This document shows, piece after piece, positions 51,276-64,000 of a stretch of DNA of 64,000 nt. The stretch's first letter is position 1. Each line of letters opens with the position of its first letter. The DNA comes from Octopus vulgaris (lineage: Eukaryota): assembly GCA_951406725.2 (NCBI GenBank), contig OX597822.1:4774001-4838000 (forward strand), in the 5' to 3' direction. A program made the position numbers and the translations under genes. The notes beneath the pieces were generated by a model, which was not told the origin of the DNA, ran no database searches, and worked only from the letters and a program-made list of their open reading frames with translations.

Positions 51276-51821
51276 GTCAGTAAAATAAGAAACAATCAAG
51301 TAATTTGGGAGGGGGGGGTTGTCAATTACAACCACCCTTACTTGATTGTTTCTTATTTTACTGACTCTGTAGAGATTAAAGGCAAGGAAGCAGAATTGGT
51401 TAAGCAGTGGACAATTCCTAGTGGTATGTAGTTATGGTTTTTGTTCTAAGTTCCTATCACATTGGTGTCCATGATACCCTTTCACCATTCTGGCATTGCA
51501 TTTAAATTACTGGGGTTGATTTAATTCATGGTACTTTCCTGCAAAATGTGAGGTTCTATGCCATTGTTACAAAGCAATACTGGTCCTTATGTGATTTAAG
51601 AGCACTGCTAACACAATAGTACATGGTAGTGACTTGTAAAAACATTTAATATACTATGAAGTACATTATGGTTGCATAACCAAATACTGTGTCCCTACAA
51701 GTCATTAATAATGGTTAAAGGAAATTGGTCTACATACAGAGCTCCCTATAAGCCAGGCTTCATAATTTATATGGTTAATTCTACAAGGAGAAAAAACATG
51801 ATTATCACATCTTGCTCAAGA

Positions 51822-52085
51822 TATGATGATCTATTTTTCCATGGGTTGGATGGGTCTTCTCTGCCACAGTGTCTTCCCATATGTTGCAGTCATCAGTCAC
51901 CTCTGTTGTATGGTTCTGCCTCCAGATATGTTTTGATCACTTCTTTGGTCTTCTTTCTACACAACTTCCTTCAATTTGGATTGCCCGGTGCTTCTTTATC
52001 CTATTGTCTTCCTCCATTCACTTTACATTTTGCACCAAACTGTCTGCTCTCTCGCACACTAAATCTAATTCCCTTTACACTCATT
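51822..52085 (-). mobile_element. Degenerate RTE-clade LINE 3' end
   Basis: Minus: IRFSVRESR...MEEDNRIKKHRAIQIEGSCVERRPK, like RTE IRCSVQERRLRW..RM.ED..VKKC....VEG...RGRPRK; 3' catccaacccatggaaaa is shared with the family C tail. Confidence 0.6.
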
Positions 52086-52261
52086 TAAATCAATAATAAA
52101 AATATAGATAATTGTATTCCTGAACATTAGGATTTTATTTAATGCTGTATTGTCTCTATGCAGTTTAGTCTTCCTAATTCTACACACTGCAGAAGATACA
52201 CTTCATAGTTCTATAGCCTGTAAAATTTATGCTTTATTATTTTACTTACTGCAAATGATAA

Positions 52262-52633
52262 TTTTCCTATGCTACACCCACCAAAGGATTTTCTTTAATG
52301 CCACTCTCAATAGCATACATTTTTTATTGGTACACCTGCCAAGATACTCTAACATTACTCCCACCAAAATATTCTTAATGTCATTCCCACCAAAATCCTC
52401 TTCCTAATGCTATTCTCACCAAAATGCTCTTCATGTTGTTACTCTCACCATCATACTTATAAAGCTACTGCCACCAACACACCCTTCCTAACATTACTCC
52501 CGCCAAGATACTCTTCCTAGTGTTACTCCCACCAAGACACTGTAGAGTTACTACCACCAATGTACTCTTCCTAATGCTACTCTCACCAAAGTATTCTTTT
52601 TAACACTACACCCACAAAGACACTCTTCTTAAT
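52262..52633. repeat. Diverged ~28-bp minisatellite (consensus ~tgttactcccaccaagatactcttcctaa), about 12 units
   Basis: Recurrent act.ccacca..at.ctcttcctaa. Confidence 0.85.
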
Positions 52634-54980
52634 AATGAAAACAAAAACAAAACTCTTCTTAGGGCATAAGTTACAATTTCGTTTGTCATGAAGACTAGAG
52701 AGTCAGTAAGTCAATGCCTATGCACCTCTAACCTTCTGGCTTTTTATTTTCATTTATATTTGAATTGAGAAACTTTAAAATATACTGTCTTTGCAAGGAA
52801 TACCAAATATGATAGAATTGATAGATTAAAATACATTAACACCCACTTCACTATTAGTTTTTTATGCAGCAGGCATCACTAGGTGTTTTCATTCTTTTAA
52901 GTTATGTTGCCACTCAGTGGTTATTCCTTAAAATTTTATTTATATTTTCTGAATCATCCTAGGCCTGGTGGTAATGGTAAGACTATATTTTGTTGACAAG
53001 GTTTAATAAGATTAAAACAGGACTGGAGATGTCACTGTATTGTCAAAGATCAGATACACTTCCTATTGCATTCCATTTTTAATTAATTTAAATTTCAAAA
53101 TTGTATTCTTTACCTTTCTTGATCCAAATTAATCATTAAGATCATAATTTTTATTCCACAACACGTGTGTAAATTTCTGGATTCTTTATATTACGTATTT
53201 TAGTGCCCACATTATCAACTGATGATGTGGTGGGTCATATCTTATTAATAGCTCTGTCTTATGTATATGTTCTAGATATGTAGCACTCTATGGGACAGCC
53301 AAGTAGCTCTAAGTAAGTTACCACCAAGTGGTACAATTTGCCTTTGTGAGTAATGATAGTGCAAATATACAAAGTAGGTCTCCTTGGCTGTCAATGTAGG
53401 GATCAACTCAAGTGAGATAGTTGCTTGCAGTAAACTAGTATTCTTACCCAAGGGTGTCTTACAAAAACTAACATTAATAGCTGATTCAATGAAGCATTGT
53501 AGTTTATGAAAGGATTAAAATTTAACTGTTATAACTCACAAATTACAGATGAAGTATAATATCCCCAAAGGAAATCAGACCCCACTCCCCAACCTGGGCC
53601 CTGCACTAACCACTATGCTCACTATGCTCTCTACAGAACATCAACTTTCTGGGACCTTCTCTCTGGTCATGTCTTTCCAGCAAGAGTTGGTTTGCAATAG
53701 TTTGAATGGAACATTAGTGACACCTAAGCTAACCTATCATGGAGGGATTGTGAAGGTCAAGGGCACTGTCCCTTCCTTTAGACTCAACAAATAAAAATAA
53801 GAAATCTAAGGTCATTACTACCACACATTGCTAGCACTTCTTCATACTAAGATCCCAATATATCATCTCTAATACCAGTATATCAACCATGAGTGTCTTT
53901 AATTAAATACTAATCTACATTAATGTTAGTATCTTCAGTTCAGTATAGCTTAGCACCTTCATAACATCCCAGTTAGTAGACTAATCGTTTGTGCATGAAT
54001 AATAGCATGGTAATGAATCATAATACTCAATATCTATAATATACAACAGTGATTCAAATTCTCTCACTATAATTATTCTAATCAATTTCTGTAGTTATAT
54101 TAGCATATAAAGCCCTGAACCTTGTAGAACTATTTCCTTACAACTAAATCACAAACGAAACTCAACTTTAAAAAATTTCAAACTCAAGTGTGAATCACTC
54201 ATTTTGCTATATAATGCAAGTTTACTCACCTTTGCATTGATTAGCTTTACAGATAACAAAAGAACTGCAACTCATGCACTATGTGCAAGTGCTGCCACTA
54301 CTAACATGATCATAAAGGAATTAATTGATAGATTGATAAACTGCCCTCAGTTCCACTGTAGCCTAAATGCTGGTTGATTATTGTTCATCACCAATGACAT
54401 TTCTATTGAGGAATTTAACCTTTATTTGATCATTCTTCTTGTATCATTTTTCAGCCTGCCTCCAGGGGAATATTGTTTTAGGGGAAATTCCAATCATGAA
54501 CATTGAAGAATATAAAGACTAACATATTTTTAAAAGTTAAATGGAATTTCAGTGAAATGTCAGCGTATGATATATTCCTATATGAATATAGCAGTGTGTG
54601 TTTGTAAATACGTGTCTTAGATATGTAAACTCTCTCTCTTTCTCCCCCACCCCTCACATATAAGTATATATATATATATATATATATCGATGATAATGAT
54701 GATGATGATGATGATATATATAATCATTTTAGAATCACTTTCTATGTTGGCATTTATATATACATATATATATATATGTGTGGGTGTGTGTGTGTGTGTG
54801 TATATATGTATATATATAGTCTTATACTTGTTTCAGTCATTTGACTCTGGCCATGCTGGAGTACCGCCTTAAGGGGTGTTAGTCAAAGAATATATATATG
54901 TATGTGTTTTGTATTCCATGTAAATAGATGCTTTAAAACTATTTGTGTGAATCTACCTTTCTTCTTTTATATATATATAT

Positions 54981-55028
<48 letters not shown>

Positions 55029-56668
55029 TTATAAACAGTGTTGCATTTTCAATGTACTATGAGAATGTTAAGGATGTATATTTGTACACCTGTTTATACA
55101 TTGCCAGAACTGATTAAATTAATGCCAATTTCTTAACGAGAAATTCTGTGAAAACATCTGTAGAGAATATATATTTCAATGTATGTTAGTACATTTGTTA
55201 TATGGGATATGTATTTATGTTCTTATACAAACATGTCAGTCAGTAGGTCTATGTAGGTTTGTATATGGATGTGTGAGTTTGTGCATGGATGTGTTAGTTT
55301 GTATATGGATGTGCATGTGTAAGTATACATATACACAGACACGCTCTGTGTGTATGCAATATTGTGTATGATTACAGATGTGCAGTTAGAAGTGTATATC
55401 CAGAAATCTTTAAGGTATATTTAAATAGGTAAATAAATATATGTAATTGCACATGGTTGTATACGTAAGTGAACTAAAATTTTGTTTCTGTCAATTCTCT
55501 GGAGACATGATGGCTAAGGCAGTGAGTTATAATCCACTGTAAGAGTTTCACAGAATTTCTAGGGAAGAAATTGATATTAATTTACACAGTTCTGGGAATA
55601 TGCAGCAAGCTGTCTGAAGAAAGCTTTTTTTTTTAGTGAGACTAGCTTGACAAATTATAAATATAGAAAGACATAATCTAACTGAATATCCTAAACATAT
55701 ACAGCAACAGTGGCCAAGCAGTAGCTCAGAGGTTGCATACAGCCCTCGAAGATACTATATTTGACCTCTAAGATTATATAGGCCTCAGTTGTATTTTTCC
55801 TAAAACAATATATAGTCAAGAGGCAGAGGTGAAACTCTTTATGATGATATTGAGAGCAAACCTGGGAAACCGATGAAACCAAAGCTATGAATTCTTTTCT
55901 GATTAATGCCATTATAATAAATGTCCTGTATTTGCAACTTTTGCTTTAGATACTGCTTCAATAGTAACAGAACTTGTCAAGTTACAGCAGAATGTGGGTT
56001 TGAAGCTATTACATTAAAGCCCATTTCTTAAAAAAAAAACAGAAAAGGGAAGGGGGTAGTTCTGGCACTTATTTTATGAATCTACCTTCTCTGTAATGAA
56101 ATTTGTCAAATCAAAATAGTCCACTATCCTCAGTAATAGCCTCCAAGCCCAACTTCTAAGATCATCTTTGACAGCCTATCAACCAGATATTTGAATATAA
56201 GCTGTGGGATGACTGTGGCTATAATAGAGGAGTGCATGAACAACCAATGAAATGGTTCATCAGGAGACTCCTTTCCTCTTTTTCCCCTAACATCAATAGA
56301 ACAGAAAAGACATGTTTACATTCTTATGTAACCCACAGTAAGGTTTTATGGTATTTAAATTTATTTCTGTTCTTCTGATTTACACCGTGTTGAGCATAAT
56401 TAGATGTTATTCAATTAATGCTAAACTCTCAGAAGCCCAAATATACAAATTAGGTTATCCATTATGGCTATAAACAGTTGATTGTTTGTTACTAAGGGGA
56501 AGGAAGCTGGGGACATCTTTTCTGTGAAGTGGTTGACAAACCATGAAACAGTCAGCCAGAAAATTCAACTCCTTCCTTCTTTTTTCAACACATTAATAGA
56601 GTAGAAAGAATGTGCTTACATTCTTATTTAAGCCATAATGAGGTTTCACAATATTTAAATTTATTTGA

Positions 56669-57377
56669 ATACATACATACATACATACATATATCCATAC
56701 AACCATACATCCATACATCCAACCATCCATACATACATACATCCATACAACCATCCATCCATCCATTCGTCCATCAATCCATCCATACATACATACATAC
56801 ATACATCCATACATCCATCCATCCATCCATCCATCCATCCATCCATCCATCCATCCATCCATCCATCCATCCATCCATCCATCCATGCATCCATCCATCC
56901 ATCCATCCATCCATCCATCCATCCATCCATCCATCCATCCATACATACATACATACATACATACATACATACATACATACATACATCCATCATACATACA
57001 TACATACATACATACATACATCCATCCATACATACATACATACATATATCCATACAACCATACATCCATACATCCAACCATCCATACATACATACATCCA
57101 TACAACCATCCATCCATCCATCCATACATACATCCATACAACCATCCATCCATCCATCCATCCATCCATCCATCCATCCATCCATCCATACATACATACA
57201 TACATACATACATACATACATACATCCATACATCCATCCATCCATCCATCCATCCATACATACATACATACATACATACATACATACATACATACATCCA
57301 TCCATCCATACATACATATATCCATACAACCATACATCCATACATCCATCCATACATACATACATACATACATACAT
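56669..57377. repeat. Compound (ATAC)n/(ATCC)n tetranucleotide array with higher-order duplication
   Basis: Direct reading; the variant string atatatccatacaaccatacatccatacatcc occurs near 56689, 57044 and 57316. Confidence 0.95.
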
Positions 57378-58542
57378 AGATACAAACATATTAAACGCAC
57401 ACAGAGAGAAAGAAAAATACAGCATGCATGCATGGGTATCTAACCATCTAAACATATAGATTTTAGCTTGGTAGAATGATAAATACATATTTAATAAAAT
57501 ATTAAATAGGTCAATAGATATATGGATGCAACATGAATAAGCAGCAGGACAGATAGACACAGAGCTGCGTAGAAGATAGAGAAACAGAGGGAAAATAAGA
57601 TATCTACATTGCATGAATTAGTGACTGTTTATGCAAAATTAAGTTGAAACAATATAATGTGGAAACTAGAGGCATTTTGCTCAATATGACTTGTGGACTG
57701 TAATGGAAACTTCAGCTAAGTAGAGAAATATATAAAAATAGATTTCTTAAGTCCAAATCTGTTATGGCCAATGCAGGCTTTAACATACTTCACTTCAGCA
57801 GTAAGTCATACATTTTTTGGTTGGTGGCCAAACATAGTTTGTCCGTGGCATTCCAAGCTAGACATTTTCATTTCAATTTGTTGTTAACGCTAATCTTGAT
57901 GAATCCAATAAATCTCTTTTTGCCTTTTCTCTCCGCTAAACACTTCCATTACACGTCAGGATTCTCTATTTATGGATGAGAACTAAGCTCTCTGAATTTC
58001 AAACAAATCCAGAAAACCTGATAAAATTCTCACTACCAATAAGTAAGACACGCTTGTAAAACATACTTTCAGTGTAAGTGATTATTTGTTTTGTTACTAA
58101 AGAAAATACACACATATATTATGCACACACACATATAGACAAAAAGGCAGTCATAGCTGTTGAGCAGAGACACTTGCTTGGCAGCTGTTTGGATTACAGT
58201 TGGATTCCATCGCATGGTATATTGATCAAAAGGCCTGTGGTAGCCCAATGTGCTTTTAGCGGGATTTAGTAAATGGAAACTGTGTGGTAACTCAGCGTAG
58301 GGACAGTTCTTACTCTTGGGTGGTAGATTTAATCTCTCACCCTGCTTTAACACATAAGCCTTGGTTGCAGTCCATGGATTTCACTGTTGTAGGCATTCTA
58401 GCCCTGCCTGAGAATTTCTTTCTTCCTTTCACCAGTGATTGAGGATTTGAGAAAGGGTTATGTGTGTTGCTTCTGTGATGCAGAAATATATTAAGGCTTA
58501 TGTAAACACTAATAATCACATATTATTATCATTGATATTATG

Positions 58543-58755
58543 AAGGCAGAGAGCTGGCATGATCATTAGCATGCCAGAGAAAATGGTTAGCCATATTTCG
58601 TTTGTCTTCATGTTCAGAGTTCAAAATCTGCTCAGGTCAACTTTGCTTTTCATCCTTTTGGGCTTAGTGAAATAACTACCAGTCATGCAGTGATGCTGAT
58701 GTATCAACAAGCCCAAGCTCCACAGATTTCTGGCTTTATGTCTAGAGAAGAAAGG
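58543..58755 (+). mobile_element. Family D SINE with (TAT)n tail
   Basis: gagttcaaaatctgctcaggtcaactttgcttttcatccttttggg. Confidence 0.7.
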
Positions 58756-58780
58756 ATTATTATTATTATTATAATTATTA

Positions 58781-58818
58781 CTAGCAGAAAGACTGCCCTC
58801 CAGGCAGTTTTCTGCTGG
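58781..58818 (-). mobile_element. Helitron-like 3' terminus (hairpin + CTAG|T)
   Basis: Minus strand cagcagaaaactgcc-tggag-ggcagtctttctg-CTAG-t. Confidence 0.5.
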
Positions 58819-59393
58819 TTGCCGAATAATATTTACATCTAATCCCCAATTAGTGTAATATTTCTGAAATGGTTCATCTAATTTTCCTTTCTATCCTTTA
58901 TTCATCTAATAGTACTTACTCACACAGTAAATATTTCTTTCATTATTTTGTTGCGGTCTTAATCTCTCCTTTATTTTAATCAAACTCAAAAGTAGTTCAT
59001 CTTTTATGTGGTCAATTATTATGCTTTTGAAAAAGCAGGCATCACACAGGTATTATTCTACAGTGTATAGCATATCAAACAGCCATACCAACAAATTCAC
59101 CTGTGATTATTTTTTTCAAATTATGCTAGTGTAGCAATTTTAAATTAACCCGACTAACCCTTCTTTTGACCTCCCAGTAACTTGGAGTTGTCATCAGGTT
59201 AAAGATGTGAAAGCATGATTTCAAATTTCCCCTTCAAATCCTGCCCCAAATGTTCATTGGCTCGATGGCAAATAAAGTGTGTTTTCTGCATGTGTATTTG
59301 TGTTAGGCACTCATGTGTAAATTACTGAGAAAGAGTTTTGAGCATCCACTTTGTTGGTGAAAGTTGAAAATGTTGCATTTAAAGTCTATATAC

Positions 59394-59730
59394 TTTTACC
59401 CTGCATGCGTAAGTGAAAGCAAGGTATTGTAGTTGCTTGTCTTTGACTGTGTGTTTGGAAAATTACTGGAAAATGACTGAATGGATTTTCACCAAATTTG
59501 GCAGAAATACTCATTGGGTGAGTAGCTCAAACTCATTAAATTTTGGTGGACAGGTGAATCAAAATGTTTCATTTTCTTTGTTGCATATACGCAAACGATA
59601 AACAGGGGAAGTAACTCTTGATGTCATTTTGTTGAAATATGAATTCGTTTGAGAATATATTTATCAAATTAAATTTTATTTTATCCTTGTCTGTGGGTAG
59701 GGTATGCATTGCCTCTCTGATGCCTTATTT
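59394..59730 (+). mobile_element. Non-autonomous Helentron/DINE-1-like element (HINE)
   Basis: T-run flanks; subterminal IR taccct(59397)/agggta(59699); 3' stem-loop gcatt..gatgc; typical internal aggtattgt...actgaatggattttcaccaaatttggc. Confidence 0.6.
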
Positions 59731-60462
59731 TTTTCTGTGTGTTATAATTGTGTGTGAATATAATTTGTTATGTATATAAGTATATTTCATTTGCATTTGA
59801 AGCATGTGGGTATTAATATATTTTGTTTTGTGTATATACATATTTTGATCATTAGTTTGTTATTAAAAGAGGATTTTAATAAAAAAAATTGCAAATGCAA
59901 AATCTCTGATGTTTGTTCTTTTAAAGGCATCATAAAAATATTTAGGGATATACTCAAAAAAAATAATAAAAAGTATTGGAAAACATACTGTTGCTTCCAG
60001 CACATGATTGTATAAATAATTTATTATCTGTTGATAGATATAAGTTGCACATCTTAGTATTAATAACCTTATATAAACACACAGCTACAAATGTACAAAG
60101 ATGGGAAATGACTTTTTTTTTCATTCTTGTTTATCATATAAACTATGATAACACAAATAGTGTAGATTTCAGCAAAGGAATTAACTATGACAAATATACA
60201 CATAAAGAAGAGAGGGGTGGAAGAGGTAAGACATTAAAACGACACTATCTTGCAGTTAGGTTTTTCAAAACTGCTTGTAGCTGATTAAAATCTTTTCATT
60301 GAAGAGAAAACCTTAAAGGCCACATTTTGAAATTAAAAAAGAAAAAAAGGAAAATTTTAACTTTTAAAGATTTTCTAAGCTATGGAGACTTTAATACTTT
60401 ATTTTAACTAATTGATAAACTTTCTCCATTTAGTATAAATCATTATTATCATTATCATTAAA

Positions 60463-60650
60463 AGTGGTGAGCTGGCAGAATTGTTAGCATGCCAGACAAA
60501 ATGCTTAGCAGCATTTCTTATAGTTTTATATTCTCACTGTTGTTTTTCATTCTTTTGGCTCAATGAAATAAATACCAGTTGTGTAATGGGGGCAATTTAA
60601 TTGATTAGACTCTCCCTCAAATTTCACACCTTGTGCTAATAGTAGAAATA
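60463..60650 (+). mobile_element. Family D SINE (degenerate)
   Basis: ggtgagctggcagaattgttagcatgccagacaaaatgcttagcagcattt...tttcattcttttggctcaatgaaa. Confidence 0.6.
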
Positions 60651-61807
60651 ATAATAATAATAATAATAATAATAATTAATTATTATTATTATTTCTATGA
60701 CATGATGTGAAAATGCATGGTATAGAGGTTAAGGTTTAGGGTTCGCTAACGTAAGGTTGTGGGTTTGACTTCTTGAGCAAGGTACTTCATGTCATGTTAC
60801 TATCAGTCACATCTAGTGGCCACTCAAGGGTGGGAGGGCCAAGAGACTCTATGTTTGTTTACAATTACATAATCCTCGAGAACAACTGGTGAGAATATGG
60901 TGAATGCTACTAGATTCTATCTTTTACTTGTTTATGAGTGGTGGTGGGGGGGACATGCTTAAATAATTATCAATCATGCACTTGGGTTAATTTGATTGAC
61001 AAACCTGTAAGAAATAGTTACTTGGATTTATAGTCAAGAATTGAAACTTTAACCTAGATCTTCTTAAGACATTTTTTTTGTTTTTGTTTTGGCATTAGTG
61101 CTCAGAAATTGATGAGGTCACTTAGTTACTTTGTTTGAGTAAAATTCTATGGTCATTTCGAGGTTATGATAAATAATGCATATACACTCTTTTGTTCTCA
61201 AACATACATTGAGTTTTCTCCATATGTATCAGTAGGAACTCTGAGAGAATATCATCAATCAGTATATTTTTGCTTCCTCATCCTATAGCAAGCAGCTTTT
61301 CCTATTAGACACACTCCTAAGGATGCTGCTCAAGCTTTATTTCAATTGTACCACTAAAATGCTGACTACTACTATGGCCTTGATTACTGACTGTACATGC
61401 AAATAAAAACTAAACAATATAGTTCTCTCTTCCATGTTGATTATTACGCTGTCTCATAGACTTTGAACATTTAATTGTAATATAACCCACTACATTTGGT
61501 AAACCTGACACAAGAACAACAGCATTCTGTTACAACATCTTAAAAATTACAAACCTTGTGTCTAAATTAAAAACAGTCATGATGATGATAGTGATGATAG
61601 CATATTGTGCCAAAAATGTCTTGTTAGATTTGGATCTACTCTTTCTCATTCACCAAATGAGCCCCTCTTAATTTAGCTCAGATTCCTTTCAATTTTGGTG
61701 TATCGATGCAACTCTGAATTTTGACTACGATCAACCAATTATTTTATCTTGTAAATTAAAGAATTTGATGTTATTTGGCATTAAAGTTGGGAAATTTGGG
61801 TAATCTC

Positions 61808-61854
61808 AGCCAATCAACAGACAGCATGGTATTAGCAGTTGTTACCATGACAAC
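61808..61854 (+). promoter_or_regulatory. Candidate NF-Y CCAAT box plus RFX X-box
   Basis: agCCAATca at 61808-61816; GTTACCATGACAAC at 61841-61854 fits the X-box consensus GTHNYY-AT-RRNAAC. Confidence 0.35.
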
Positions 61855-62401
61855 CACACACTGTGTTGTGGTTCACTGTTGTCTGTGCTGCTGTTGTCTA
61901 TGTTGATTTTTCACACTTAATTCTTCACACCATGAGATTCTTTTCACCTGTGTGTTTTGTTTCAAACATTCTGTGTTAGTTTATTACATATCTTTTAATG
62001 CTTCTGTGTGTTACTATTTTTCTGTGCTTTTTCTGTGTTAGTATTTTTACATATTTTTTTATTTCATATATTTTTGAGACTCATTGACTCAGATAGCTGG
62101 ATTTATGATTTCCCTAGGGGAATTCTGTTCATAAATATTTAAATTAGGAGTATTTCTTAAACTGTTAGCTGCACATTTGAACAGCTTAAATCAAATTTAG
62201 CCCATGTAACAGGAACTGAGAGGGATATTGTGGAACATAATTTGACATTATTTTTGAATTCTGCATGCAAAAACGTATAGGATACAGGTATTCATTTCCT
62301 TGAGACAAATTCTCTGTTGACCAGTGTTATTTTTAATGTAGTTTACAAATCCAAGCATGAAAACGTTACTCAACTTTGGAGTTTTGGAGACAGACACCCC
62401 C

Positions 62402-62437
<36 letters not shown>

Positions 62438-62984
62438 TGACTGCATAAATGCATATATAAACTTATATATGAATACATACATCTATGTATACATAATACT
62501 GAAATGCACATTAAGTAAATACATGCAAACAAATATATTAATATAACAAATTTTAAAAAATAATAAAACCATACAATCAATGCAGCTACAAAAGAAACAG
62601 TAAGATGATAGATGTTGATTTTATTAGGTATTTCTGTTTATTTAGAAACCTACAATGAACAGGTCAGATGCTAAACTCTAAATTTCACAGGGTGCAACCT
62701 TAAAGTTGACACTGCTCCGCTAAACGTAAAAGATTTCTGTCTCACTATAGGCTAAAAATATACAGTTTTTTTTTATTTTTAAACCTCTGTAACGTTTTTC
62801 TCCAAATTTTTTTTCCTCTGCAACATCATACCTTCAGAGCAATGAGACTGGAAGGCTACATTATTATAGCCAATTTTCAGATTTTTTTTACTGTCTTTTA
62901 AAAAATGCATATTTTGTGAATGAAAAAACTAGATCCTTAGTTTTGGTCTCAGAGCTAAAGATAAATTTGCTCTTCATTTCAGTA

Positions 62985-63320
62985 TCTTTTACTTGTTTCA
63001 GTTTTCAGACTACTGCCATGCTGAAGCACTGCCTTGAAGAATGAATTGACTCTAGAACCTTTTTTTTTTTGAAACCAGGTACTTATTCTATTGGTCTCTT
63101 TTGCCAAGCCACTAAGTTACAAGGGTACAAAGGAGCCAACACCAGTTGTCAAGCGATGGTGAGGGACAGACACAAAGACACACACACACACACACATGAC
63201 AGGGTTCTTTGTTTCTATCCACTAAATCCATTCACAATGCTTTGATTAGCCTAAGGGTGGGACTGAACCCAGAACCATGTGGTTGGGAAGCAAACTTCTT
63301 ACTGCACAACAATGCTGGGA
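62985..63320 (-). mobile_element. Family B SINE (diverged, internal deletion)
   Basis: atcttttacttgtttcag...gtgggactgaacccagaaccatgtggttgggaagc. Confidence 0.75.
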
Positions 63321-63930
63321 CCTATACTCAATATTTTGCTGTACTGATTCAGAAATTGGTACTGAGCCTTCATTAAATTCATCAGTCTTGTTTATGCTTG
63401 ATTTTTCCCAAATATTTTGGGGCTAGATGGATCTTCTCAAGCACAGGTTCTCTCTAGTCTAGCATGGCATTTCAGACTTTTGTATATCCAGGCATACATT
63501 ATCCAATGTGCCCATTCTCCCTCCCCCCTAAATATGGTATAATATGATTTGGATTCTCTTCTATAATACAAAGCTTAACCCACTGAATGGCTTTGAGGTC
63601 AGGTGGTTTCACAGGAGATACTACACTCAATAGTTCAAGTTCTTATTACAGACGTTGTATTGGAACCTTATTCAAGGTACATACCTTTGCTTGGCTGTGT
63701 ACCTACTTGATAAATTCCATTCTTATTCGAGTAGTCAATGGCAAAGACATTCAATTCTAAAATCAATTGCTCTAACAACACAACGAAACAACAAAAACCA
63801 TAATACTCACATTAGCATCGACAAAATTGATGTGAAATACCCCGAAAGATGGGGATGGAAGCTTTCATTACTGAATGTCAATATGACCTGAGGTAAGGGC
63901 TGTAGACTCAATACAATTATCTAACCATAG

Positions 63931-63933
<3 letters not shown>

Positions 63934-63961
<28 letters not shown>

Positions 63962-64000
63962 TGCGCACACACACACACACACACGCACACACAGACACAC
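63934..64000. repeat. (CA)n microsatellite
   Basis: Direct reading. Confidence 0.9.

Noticed and set aside
52262-52633. CRISPR-like array
   Set aside because: Units are contiguous and diverged, without unique spacers.
56593-57614. Long ORFs (147-317 aa) of [12 protein letters not shown] repeats
   Set aside because: Stop-free translations of the (ATAC)/(ATCC) array in many frames on both strands; not a gene.

Overview
AT-rich eukaryotic (animal) DNA, dense in microsatellites and interspersed repeats. The SINE repertoire (tRNA-headed families resembling the Octopus OK/OR1/OR2 SINEs) suggests a coleoid cephalopod, probably Octopus; this is inferred, not verified. I find no intact protein-coding gene, so the window is intronic or intergenic, and nearly all ORF-track entries are microsatellite or SINE read-throughs. 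Recognisable coding relics are all transposon fossils: a full-length mariner with TIRs (26506-27764), a Helitron PIF1-helicase C-terminus (44110-44797), a 5'-truncated R4/Dong-type RLE retrotransposon starting in a (TAA)n array (49119-51275), a second Dong-like 3' end embedded in (TAA)n (41403-41627), and RTE and CR1-like LINE ends. The most interesting signal is RNA-structural. Two unrelated head-to-head inverted pairs of short elements each carry a minimal type I hammerhead ribozyme motif (4596-5178 and 25362-25664). The first fuses the hammerhead to a tRNA-derived Pol III head, a SINE-retrozyme architecture reminiscent of Schistosoma Sm-alpha. There is also a near-perfect 104-bp fold-back inside a SINE (34996-35226), modular head/tail swapping among SINEs, and a candidate RFX X-box + CCAAT element (61808-61854). 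All assignments are by eye; no searches or folding were run.
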